Of a stretch of 64,000 nucleotides of DNA, positions 1 through 8,800 are shown piece by piece. The translations under genes and the position numbers were made by a program. This stretch comes from Blastocladiella emersonii ATCC 22665 (Eukaryota; Fungi; Blastocladiomycota), in contig JANHCV010000004.1 of assembly GCA_025594325.1 (NCBI GenBank), forward strand, positions 1,798,001 through 1,862,000. Direction: 5' to 3'. Under the pieces are notes generated by a model. The model had not been told where the DNA came from. It saw nothing but the letters and a program-made list of their open reading frames with translations, and searched no databases. How positions within the stretch are numbered: the first letter of the stretch is position 1; every line of letters begins with the position of its first letter.

Positions 1-1300
1 TCATCGTCGTCGCAGCCGAAAAAGTCGGGCGACCCGACGTCGCAGCGCGAGGCTGGACAGTCGAGGCCGACGAGGGCTGCACGTTGACGAGGTCGGGCAA
101 CAAGGACCCAGGGGACCCAGGGGACGCGACGCGACGGCGCATGCGGGACGCGGAAGCGGGCGCGGAGCGAGACAAGGAAGACGCACTTGGCGATCTCGAT
201 CGGCTTCTTGACGCCGAGCTTGAGGATGACGAGCTGCTTGGCGAGGAGGACCGACTGCGGGCTTGGCTGTTGGCGTCGTCTTGATCCAGGTCCATGTTGT
301 TGAGGCCGTGGTCGTTGCCATCCTCATCACCTCCTGCACCCGGACCACCATCACCACCATCACCACCACCACCTGGACCGTCGGCGGGCTCGTCCGCGTA
401 GCCGGGGTCGCCCTCGAACCGCAGCAGGTTGCTCGCGTACAGCGCAATGTTGAGCGCGGCGTTGCGGTCGCAGTTGAGGGCGTGGCAGCACCGCCGGCAC
501 ACCTTCTTGGCCCACGTCTTGCCGGGCTGGTGCGGGTCCGTGCCGAGGTCGCACGAGCCGTTCTTGCCGTTGTCGGGAGCGACCGCCGCGCACGCGCAGC
601 ACCGCTTCGACGTGTAGGCCTCGTTGACAATGTGGATGTTGACCTTGCGCTTGCGCATCTCGCGGATGAACTCCTTGACGGGGCCCTTGGACTTGGCCTT
701 GATGTGGCCGAACTCGTTGGCGTGGCCGATGAGCACGACCGCGTCGCGCAGCATGTTGGCGATGTTGGACCACCACTGCTGCCGCCACGACAGCTGGTTG
801 AAGTGGCGGCGCTTGTGGGCGAGGCGGTTCTGGGTCGTGTACACGGGCTCAAAGTACTTGGTGTTGGTCTGCGTCATGGCGATCTTGTCCTTGGACTTGG
901 CCGCCTTGGACATCTTGGCGTACACGGGGTCGAGGTTCTTCTCGGCGCGGACGCGCTCCTCGTCGGCCTTGGCCTGGGTGCCGCCCGTCTGGCCCTGGAA
1001 CCGCCGCGTCGAGATCTGCAGGTAGCGGTACTCGCCGAGGCCCTTGGGGTGCGTGATCACCTTGAGCACCTCCTCCTTGAAGGCGAGCTTGTTGGCCTCG
1101 GACAGCGGCGCCGGGCCGTCGCCGTGCGTCGCTTGTCGTCGGTGGACGAGCGAGCGCGCGAACACAAACTCGAGGATGATGAGCGAAATGAAGTTGTTGA
1201 CGCCCGGGTCGATGCCGACCAGGTACTTGCCGCGCGCGACGCGGATGGGCTCGTTCTTGATCCCGAACTCCTTGACGGCCTTGCGCACGTTGAAGCCCAT
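1..1300 (-). CDS. Fanzor-type (eukaryotic TnpB-family) RuvC endonuclease domain protein; lacks the N-terminal lobe and runs off the left edge
   Basis: Manual translation of the minus frame with codons on triplets 2-4, 5-7, etc. It is not in the ORF track because no stop occurs before the edge. From ATG 1300: MGFNVRKAVKEFGIKNEPIRVARGKYLVGIDPGVNNFISLII (RuvC-I D, 1208-1210) ... DAVVLIGHANEFGHIKAKSKGPVKEFIREMRKRKVNIHIVNEAYTSKRCCAC (E, 620-622) ... VCRRCCHALNCDRNAALNIALY (RuvC-III D, 467-469). A G/D- then S/R-rich tail follows. Probable intron at 77-186 (GTGCGT...CAG). The upstream in-frame stop is at 1505-1507. Confidence 0.9.
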   Translation of the reverse strand, partial: MGFNVRKAVKEFGIKNEPIRVARGKYLVGIDPGVNNFISLIILEFVFARSLVHRRQATHGDGPAPLSEANKLAFKEEVLKVITHPKGLGEYRYLQISTRRFQGQTGGTQAKADEERVRAEKNLDPVYAKMSKAAKSKDKIAMTQTNTKYFEPVYTTQNRLAHKRRHFNQLSWRQQWWSNIANMLRDAVVLIGHANEFGHIKAKSKGPVKEFIREMRKRKVNIHIVNEAYTSKRCCACAAVAPDNGKNGSCDLGTDPHQPGKTWAKKVCRRCCHALNCDRNAALNIALYASNLLRFEGDPGYADEPADGPGGGGDGGDGGPGAGGDEDGNDHGLNNMDLDQDDANSQARSRSSSPSSSSSSSSASRSRSRSPSASSLSRSAPASASRMRRRVASPGSPGSLLPDLVNVQPSSASTVQPRAATSGRPTFSAATTM

Positions 1301-3392
1301 GAAGTCGCCCGACCCGCCGCCCGCCTCGTCGCCCGCGTCGCCCTCCTCCTCCTCCACCACGCTCGTCAAGCAGTGGGGTGCCGTAAAGGCCCGCAGCGTC
1401 GCGTTCCGCGGGATCGACAAGCACAAGATCCAAAAACTGCTGACCGACTCGGCGCTCGTGCGCGACGAGCTCAAGACCAGCCAGTTCCGGCTCGAGGCCG
1501 TCTCCTACTCGATCCGCACCGCCATGCAGGGCCCGACGTCCCTGGCCGCGGGACCCGTGACCAGCAGCATGGGCGCGGGTGGGCCGGTGCTCATGGCGGC
1601 GTACCACGAGATCTTCGCCCGCGCCGAGGCGGCGCGCGCCGAGGAGGTCGCCGCGCAGACGTTTGTCGACGTGGATGAGCTGGTACCCACGCCGGGTCCA
1701 CCTGCTGCTCCTGCCGCCGTCGCCCCCGGCCCGATCCCCGCCGTACCCGAGGACTTTTTGTATGGCAGCGTCTTCTCGAAGAACGCGGCCGTTCGGGCTC
1801 GGACTCGGCCTCGGTCAACGACCGCAGCAGCCGAGTACCTCGACCATCACCCCGCTGACGAGGATGACGGCGATGGAGCTGCTGCCGCCGCTGTTGCTGC
1901 TGTTGCAGCTGCTGTAGCTGCTGCTGCTGCTGCGGCGGCGGCGAGCGCTCAACCTGCTGCAACGGGTGCCGCTTCCGCGGGTGGTGGTCGCGGCCGTCAA
2001 CCGCGTCCCGCCAACAAGGGTGACGGTGACGGCGCTCCTCAAGGTGCCGCCGAGGCCTCCGCCGAGGCCTCCGCCGCGGCGAGCACTCGCCACCCTGCTA
2101 CAACGGGTGCCGGTTCGGCGGTTGCTGACGCTGCAGCGGTTGGCGGTCGTCCACGTCGCTCGGCTGCCGCCGCGGCGGATCAAGCTCGCGCCGCTGTCAT
2201 CGCCCACGAGAGCCGCCCACTCGACGAGGAAGAACCCGCCTCATCTTCTCGCCAACCTCCTCGCGGGCGTCCCGCCGCGCCTGACCGCCCGCTCGAGAAG
2301 CGCGCGGCGCGTCAGCCTGCACTCGGGCAAGCTGCTCTGCGCTCGACCTCGCCGCCACCGCCCCCCTCACCCCCATCGCCCCCGTCGCCATCATCCTCGC
2401 CTGCGCCCGCGGCTCCGCGAGGCGGACGGCCCGCGAAGGAGGCGCGCACCGGTGCCTCGCCGCCCCCGCCCCCGCCCCCGCCCCCGCCCCCGCCCCCGCC
2501 GCAGCCGCAGCCGCGCAAGCGCAAGGTGCAGGTCGCCGTCGACGACGACGAGGAAGAGGCGACGGCGGCGCCCGCGGCTCCGCGAGGCGGACGGCCCGCG
2601 AAAGAGGCGCGCACCGGTGCCTCGCCGCCCCCGCCGCAGCCGCAGCCGCAGCCGCGCAAGCGCAAGGTGCAGGTCGCCGTCGACGACGACGAGGAGGAGG
2701 CGACGGCGGCGCCCGCGGCTCCGCGAGGCGGACGGCCCGCGAAAAAGGCGCGCACCGGTGCCTCCCCGCCCCCGCCCCCGCCGCAGCCGCAGCCGCGCAA
2801 GGTGCAGGTCGCCGTCGAGGCCCAGAAGCAGCAGCAGGTGCGGCTCGCACCGCGAGCGCAGGGCGAGCAGCCGACGGGCCAGACCACCAACAACAGCCGC
2901 AAGACGGGCCCCACATCGCTCCGCCTCGAGTCCGACCAGGAGAACGCCGATCCGAGGGCGCTGCCGGCACCATCGACCGCCGCCCCCACTCGCCAACCTC
3001 CTCGTGGGCGTCCCGCCGCACCTGACCGCACGCTTGAGAAGCGCGCGGCGCGTCAGCCTGCACTCGGGCAAGCTGCCCCGCGCTCGAGCTCGCCGCCGCC
3101 GCCGCCGCCGTCTCCGCCGTCTCCGCCGTCGGGTCGCACTCGTTCCACGCGCCCTGGCGCGAGCACCCCGGACCCGGCCCCAGGCCGGCCCCGCAGACGC
3201 GCCGCTTTGGCGGCGACCACCTACACTGAGCCGTCGTCCGAGGACTCGCCCGTCCCCGCCAAGGGCAAACAGCAGAAGCCCGAGCCGGAGCCGAGCCAGT
3301 ATCTGCCCGGTAGCTCGGGCTCCGACGACTCAGACTCGGGCAACGAAATCTCGGGCTCGCCCGTAAGGAAGCGGCGCGAGCGCTGTTCGTAA
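1299..3392 (+). CDS. Low-complexity, repeat-rich putative nuclear protein (~697 aa) with AT-hook-like PRGRP and NLS-like PRKRKV motifs
   Basis: Lies within track ORF 1044..3392. Host-like codons run on the + strand from about 1299/1360. There is a short globular-looking segment (LVKQWG...SYSIRT), then Ala/Pro-rich repeats with RQPPRGRP twice and QPRKRKVQV twice plus one QPRKVQV. The true 5' end is uncertain. Confidence 0.65.
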   Translation: MKSPDPPPASSPASPSSSSTTLVKQWGAVKARSVAFRGIDKHKIQKLLTDSALVRDELKTSQFRLEAVSYSIRTAMQGPTSLAAGPVTSSMGAGGPVLMAAYHEIFARAEAARAEEVAAQTFVDVDELVPTPGPPAAPAAVAPGPIPAVPEDFLYGSVFSKNAAVRARTRPRSTTAAAEYLDHHPADEDDGDGAAAAAVAAVAAAVAAAAAAAAASAQPAATGAASAGGGRGRQPRPANKGDGDGAPQGAAEASAEASAAASTRHPATTGAGSAVADAAAVGGRPRRSAAAAADQARAAVIAHESRPLDEEEPASSSRQPPRGRPAAPDRPLEKRAARQPALGQAALRSTSPPPPPSPPSPPSPSSSPAPAAPRGGRPAKEARTGASPPPPPPPPPPPPPPQPQPRKRKVQVAVDDDEEEATAAPAAPRGGRPAKEARTGASPPPPQPQPQPRKRKVQVAVDDDEEEATAAPAAPRGGRPAKKARTGASPPPPPPQPQPRKVQVAVEAQKQQQVRLAPRAQGEQPTGQTTNNSRKTGPTSLRLESDQENADPRALPAPSTAAPTRQPPRGRPAAPDRTLEKRAARQPALGQAAPRSSSPPPPPPSPPSPPSGRTRSTRPGASTPDPAPGRPRRRAALAATTYTEPSSEDSPVPAKGKQQKPEPEPSQYLPGSSGSDDSDSGNEISGSPVRKRRERCS
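2248..3100 (+). repeat. Intragenic repeats: three tandem units (starts 2403, 2568, 2709) flanked by a duplicated ~110-bp block (~2248-2360 and ~2989-3100)
   Basis: The unit gcgcccgcggctccgcgaggcggacggcccgcgaa...gcaaggtgcaggtcgccgtcga is repeated three times. The block ctcgccaacctcctcg...gcgcggcgcgtcagcctgcactcgggcaagctgc occurs twice. Confidence 0.9.
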
Positions 3393-3842
3393 GGTGGGCG
3401 AGCACAGGATGGGGGGTTCGAGAGCTGTGACCGGTGATTGATTGAGCTGTGACGGGGGCGGCCACGGTGCGCCCGTAGTAGTGAAAAGATGGGATTTCTC
3501 ATGATCTGCTCCTTGGAAATGAGTCGCGACTCGAGGTGGAGGTCGCGTGGTTTGAGCGATGCGTCACTCGACGCGTTCTGCGCGCCCCTCCCCACCCCGT
3601 CGCCCCGCTCGGTCGGCCCACTCGCTCGCTCTCCTCTGGGCCCCTCTCCTTGGATTGAGACGCGTGGACTACTCGCAACTGCCATGTAACTCTATCGGCG
3701 GCAGCACCAGCGACACGAAAGAGCAGTATCTTCGACTCGGTGGGTGGCCTACAACTGCAGTCGCACGGCAAGCGCTGTTTGTTGACGGGGCCCGCACGCT
3801 CGCGCCGTGTAGTCCGACACCCAACCACACGCACAGCAGAAG

Positions 3843-4334
3843 ATGCCCAAGATTTCGAAGAAAGAGGCCGCGGAAGGGCGGGCCAAGGCGAAGCGCGACA
3901 TCAAGGCGCGCAAGGAGCGCAGGCCCTACTCGCCGCGGCCGCCCCGCCCGCCGCAGCCGCCGCTCGTCTCAGCCAAGGAGCGCGCCGAGATCGAGTCCAA
4001 GGTGCACGCCATGAAGATCCCCCACAACGTGCGCTTCGACCCCGAGGCCGAGATTGCCAGCGAGGTGCTGGGGATGAACATCAAGAAGACGTACAAGCCT
4101 GTCCCGACGCAGCCCCACATCACAAAGGAGCTCAAGACGCTGCTCGAGTCGCCCCCGCTTAACAAGTACAACCTGCGCGAGACCTCGGGCAACGAGACGT
4201 CTACGGGCAACAAGAAGACTACGGGCAAGGCCACAGGAGGAAAGAAGACTCGGGCTGCCAGCCGCCGAAAGAACAAGGGCGACAACGAGGAGTACGAGGA
4301 TGTACATGTGGACAGCGACAGTGTCGATGCTTGA
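3843..4334 (+). CDS. Small basic hypothetical protein, 163 aa (paralog A1 of 18396-18800)
   Basis: Clean ORF MPKISKKEAAEGRAKAKRDIKAR...NVRFDPEAE...LLESPPLNKYN, clearly homologous to the ORF at 18800(-). Probable 5'-UTR intron at 3686-3812. Confidence 0.8.
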   Translation: MPKISKKEAAEGRAKAKRDIKARKERRPYSPRPPRPPQPPLVSAKERAEIESKVHAMKIPHNVRFDPEAEIASEVLGMNIKKTYKPVPTQPHITKELKTLLESPPLNKYNLRETSGNETSTGNKKTTGKATGGKKTRAASRRKNKGDNEEYEDVHVDSDSVDA

Positions 4335-4390
4335 TTGTGATTGTGGTCTAGTGCAAGATGATATATATGGGGTGTTGAAAGCTAATACTA

Positions 4391-4432
4391 CTACGACTGC
4401 GCCGCCTTGTACGCCTTCTTGATCTCGGGCAT
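4391..4432 (-). pseudogene. Orphan 3' end of a gene (MPEIKKAYKAAQS*) with no upstream body
   Basis: Host-like codons atg ccc gag atc aag aag gcg tac aag gcg gcg cag tcg tag tag. It converges on the 3' UTR of 3843..4334. Upstream it runs directly into SFT2 + strand coding sequence. Confidence 0.5.
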
Positions 4433-5005
4433 GTACCGGCGGCGGGCTGCTCTTCTTCATGATTGTACGTACCGTTCGGCGCGACGGTACCGCTACGACG
4501 CGGTCTCACGCCGCGAGGGCGCCTGTAGTCGTTCTTCATGCTGCCCATGGTCGTGATCGCGCCGCAAAAGTTTGCGTTCCTGTCGTGCATCGGGTCGGCG
4601 CTGCTCTTCTCGTCGATCGGGTTCCTGCGGTACTTCCTCTTACCCGCAGCCGCGCCGACGTCACCGCTGACACGTATCGTACGTCATGTAGCGGCTGGCC
4701 GAGCCACATGGCGGCCGTGTTCGCCAAGGACCGGTGGCCGTTCACGGTCGGGTACCTACTGTCCCTGGTGGGCGGACTGTGGAGCAGTGTCGTTGTACGT
4801 CCCCCTGCCCTCGGTCCCTCTCCCAACATCTCCCTGACCTCCCGGACCGTAGATCCACAGCTACATCCTGACCATCTTGTTCATCGTGATCCACACGGTG
4901 GCGCTCGTGTGGTACTACGTGTCGTTCCTGCCCGGCGGGCCCGCGGGCCTGCGCGCCATGACGGGCATGCTGGCCAACGGCGGACGGTCGCTGCTTCCCG
5001 TGTAA
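4429..5005 (+). CDS. SFT2: SFT2/Got1-family vesicle transport protein, 5'-truncated
   Basis: Exons ~4429-4464, 4529-4629, 4692-4794 and 4853-5005 give ACTGGGLLFFMISFFMLPMVVIAPQKFAFLSCIGSALLFSSIGFLRGWPSHMAAVFAKDRWPFTVGYLLSLVGGLWSSVVIHSYILTILFIVIHTVALVWYYVSFLPGGPAGLR...*. The P-x-KFA and SxLPGG patterns match SFT2. The frame is closed upstream by TGA 4420-4422, with no start codon or acceptor before the first TM helix. Confidence 0.85.
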
Positions 5006-5046
5006 CGATCGGCGACAAGAGATATATCCAAACACTTTTGACTCCT

Positions 5047-5651
5047 TTACAGTCCAACCGACCGCCGCTTCGCCCCACTCGTATACGCCGATGGCGTGCT
5101 GGACCACGCCCACGCCTGTCCGCTATGCACCACGCGCCCGGGCGTCCGCGCGCCGCGCGCGAGGTCGGCGGGGACCAGCGGGTCGACCGCGGGCGCCGAC
5201 CGGTACCGCGTCCGCACACCCCCGGCGCTGCCCCACGGCTGCTCGTCCTCGTCGCGCAACGCCGGGTCCGACTCGCCGAGGATCCGCCAGATGTGGTCGG
5301 CGTCCGGGTCGCGCACGACGGCGCCCGTGCGCGGGTCGATATACTCGGCGTCGTCGTCGTCGGGCGCGAGCGCGTGGCGCGCCCATGGGTACGCGGGCGG
5401 GATTACGCCTGGGTCCGACGGCGCGCGGGTGCGGGCGCGGGCCGAGGGGGTGGGGGTGGGGCGGTAGTAGGTGTAGCTCGGCGGCGCGTGGTACACGGGG
5501 ACCGAGGTCGGCGGCGGCGACCGACGAACGTCGTACTCGCGGCGGTAACGGTGCGCGTCGTACGGGTCGCGATACGGGCTAGCGACACGTCCGCCGGGCG
5601 TCTGGACCGCAGCACTGCGCGGCGGCGGGTCGCGGACCGGCGAGTGTACAT
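5047..5651 (-). CDS. Pro/Arg/Tyr-rich hypothetical protein, with an apparent 1-nt frameshift just after the ATG
   Basis: The frame of track ORF 5047..5496 extends upstream (HSPVRDPPPR...SPYRDPYDAHRYRREYDVRR). ATG 5651 is out of frame by one base (atgtacactcg versus expected atgtaccactcg). Confidence 0.55.
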
Positions 5652-5884
5652 GGTTGACTTGAGCGCCGAGAGGGCCGGGGCTCCGCGCCCTTTTGAAGGT
5701 CGTCGCGTCGCGAGCCTCCCTTCCGTCCGCGCGGCGACCAAGGACGGATGACGCGACGTGCTTCCGTAAGCCCCAAAATTAGCCCTCCCGCACCGCGACG
5801 TTGAAGAAGAGATAAAAATTGTCTGTGTGGTATTACCGTTTGCAATATTACGTAACTGAGTCGCTCCTCCTCTTCCCAAACCAC

Positions 5885-8800
5885 CTACTGGTTCGCGCGC
5901 TCGACGGCCTCGCGGATCATGCGCTCGGCCTCGTCGACGTCGGCCTGCTTGGCGCCGCGGATCGTGATCGTGTGCTTGTCGCCCGATTCACCGGCGCGCG
6001 GCACGTCAATGCGCGTGTTGGTCGCGTTGCGGATCTCGGTGATGGTCATGCCGGCGCGCCCGATGATGTGCCGGTGGTCGCGCGGCTCAATGTCCGAGAT
6101 GGTGTGCACGACCTCGGGGCCCTTCTTGCCGGGACGGGCGCCGCGGGTCGCCGCAGCACCGCTGGCCTCGGCCGCGGGCGCGGGCGTTGCGAGGTACGCC
6201 TCGAGCTCGGCGAGCGCCGCAGCCACCTTATCGCGGGCCTCGGCGCGCAGCGACCACGTCTCGTCCTGGTCGTCCTTGACCTGGGCCTTGGGCGGCATGT
6301 CGACCGTGACGCCGAGGGCGCGGATCGCCGCGATCTTGGGGTTGCTGCCGAACAGGAGCCCGCGCTTGTGCGAGGCCGGGATCGAGACCGACTTGGTGTA
6401 GGGGACCTTGGCGAGGATCGCGTCGATCGCAGCACGCGCGGCCGCGGCGGACCCGCGGACGTACGCGGCGCCGAGGGGCGCGGCCGTGAGGTCGTCGCGG
6501 TCCTCGGGCACGGGGATGGGCTCGTCCGACGCCTTGGTCTTCTTCTCAAAGTCGACGTTGACCTTGAACTTGTCCTGGAGCTCGCGCGCGCCGGCGCCGC
6601 CGCGGCCAATCAGCGCCGGGAACACGGCCACGGGCAGGTGCACGACGAGCGTCACCTCGTCCTGGAGCTCGGCGACGCGCGCGAGGAGCGCCGCCTTGAC
6701 CTTGGCCAGCGTCGCCGCGTCGCACGCGCGCACCACCACGTCCTCGCCCGACTTGGGCACGCGCAGGTCCGCGCGCAGCACGCCGCCGGCGGCGGTCTCG
6801 GCCGCGCGGCTCTCGCCCACGCCGAAGATGGTGCGCGCGAGCGCCTTGACCTCCTCGGACGCCGTCGACGTCGCCGCGGGCTTCTTCTTCTCGTCGGCGG
6901 GCGCCGAGTTGAAGGGCGCGAGGAACGCGCGGAGCGCCGAGCCGCCGGGGCCGATGAGGCGGCGGTGCAGCGCCTTGGGGACGGGCACGGCCTCGGACGC
7001 CCACGTGAGGCCCGACGCGTTCATGATCGACACCACCTCGCGGATCACCTGCTTGGTGAGCACGACCTGGTCCTTGGTGCCCGTGAGCGTGATGGTCTCG
7101 GTCGCGGGGCGCGCCGCCGCGGCCTCGTCAACGTCGGGGGTCGCGGAGCGGCGGCCCGACGGGTGCGGGAAGTCGATGCGCACGTCGGTGAGCTGCTTGA
7201 GCTGCGCGATGCGCGACCCGCCCTTACCGACGAGCGACGCGATGACGGTTCCGGGGACGGTGACCGTGTCGGTGAACGAGGTAGCCTTCTCGTACTCGTA
7301 CAGCTCGACGATCTCGGCGACGGCGCCGGCGACGCCCTTGCGGGCGCCGCGCACCGTGATGGCGTTCTGGTCGTCGGCGGCGTCGCCCTGGCGCGGGAAC
7401 TGGATGCGCACCGCGTACTTGTCCTCGAGGCGCTTGACGTACTTGCCCTTCTCGCCAATGATCTTGCCGTGGAACTCGTTGGGCACCTTGACCGTCTGGG
7501 CCGTGGCGTCGTCGAGCTCGACGATGCGGGCGCGGATCGCCGCCTCGACGGCGGCCATGGCCTTCTGCGTGCCCTTGAGCGACACCTTGGCCACCGCATC
7601 GCCCTGCGCGGGCTGCGCCACGTCAATCTTCTCAATGCCAATCACCTCCTTGTACTTGTTGAGGTTGGCCGCGGCCTTGCCGACAATGTGCGGCGCGTGC
7701 TTGGCGGGGATCGTGAACTCGGCCGTGAACCCGCCCATGATCTCGGCGTGCTTGGCCTCCTCGGCGACGGCGCGCAGCTTGGCGATCGCCGCCGTGACCT
7801 CGGCCTTGATGCCGCGCACGAGGATCTGGTCGGCCTCGAGCGCGACGGGCGCCTTGTCGGCAGTCGCCTTCTTGGGCCCGGTACCGAGACGCACGACGAG
7901 CGGCACCTCGGGGGTGTGGGCGACCTCGGCGATCAGGGCGTTGAGCTTGGCGCCCTTGACGCCCACGAGGTGCTTGTGGTACTTGGCGGGGACCGTGAAA
8001 ATCTCGGTGGCGAACTCGGCGGCCTGGTGCGCGGCCTTGACGATGTCCTCGGCGATCTTGGCCTTGACCGTGGGCGCGACGCTGTTGGTCGACCCCTTCT
8101 TGGCGGAGCTGGGCCCGTGGTTCGGGTCGAAGACGGCGAGCGTGAGCTCGTCAGCAAACTCGGCGTCGGTCAGGTACGCCGCGTCGAGCGTCAGGGCCTT
8201 GTTCCCCTGGCCGGCGGCGTTGGCGAGCTCCTCGCGCGCCTTCTTGATGGCGGCGCGCACGCGCGAGTGCTTGAGCAGCTCCGAGGGCACCGCGACCGCG
8301 TTGTAGAAGAAGGTGCCCTTGGCCGTCAGGTGCGCCGTGAGCAGCGCGCGCGCCGCGTCGGTCGCGGCCTTGGACGGGCCGGCGACCTCGAGCACGTGCT
8401 GGTGCGCGTCTCCCGCGCGCGGGAAGAAGATCTGGGCGCCGGCCTCGGCCTCGATGGCCTTGATGGCGGGGCGGTCGCGCGCGTTCAGGTACTTGGCGAG
8501 CACCGCGGCGGTGGCGGTCGACTTGCCGCCGGCAACGTACGGGGCCAGGTCAAAGTCGACGGCGACGACGCTCGCGGCCTTGGCCATGACGAGCTCAAAG
8601 GCGCGCGCGAGGTTGGCCGCGGGGCCGCGCACCGTGACGGTGGTCGACGTGTCGGCGGCCGCGGGCAGCTCGACGATGCACCCGGTCGCGTCCATGAGCT
8701 CGTGCAGGTTGGCGCCGTTGGCGCCCAGGACAAACTTGTGCTGGCGCTTCGGGATGTCGACGTTGAGGGCGGCGGTGCCCGACGCGATCTCGGCGGCGGC

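Noticed and set aside
185-262. Possible frameshift into VLLAKQLVILKLGVKKPIEIAK at the Fanzor C-terminus
   Set aside because: The frame looks protein-like, but the unshifted frame splices in phase at 186/77 without invoking an error. Left unresolved and not claimed.
1-852. Track ORF 1..852(-) as the product of the left-edge gene
   Set aside because: Wrong frame (low-complexity S/R/T/P translation). The RuvC motifs lie in the frame shifted by one base.
1360-1525. Idea that the + strand segment (W...AFR...SIRT) is the inverted WED/REC part of the Fanzor
   Set aside because: It lacks the DG of the TDG motif, the spacing differs, + strand coding continues seamlessly into unrelated sequence, and no simple inversion restores a full gene.
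263-1678. Long ORFs antisense to real genes (263..1678+, 5819..9421+, 10605..12305-, 20748..22550+, 38300..40138-, 52488..54914-, 54848..57193-, 58545..61292+ and similar)
   Set aside because: These are shadow ORFs caused by extreme GC3 bias on the opposite strand. They are V/L/G/R/D/E-rich and have no recognisable domains.
4320-4352. CTAG|T as a Helitron 3' terminus
   Set aside because: There is no convincing 16-20-nt subterminal hairpin and no matching 5' TC end.
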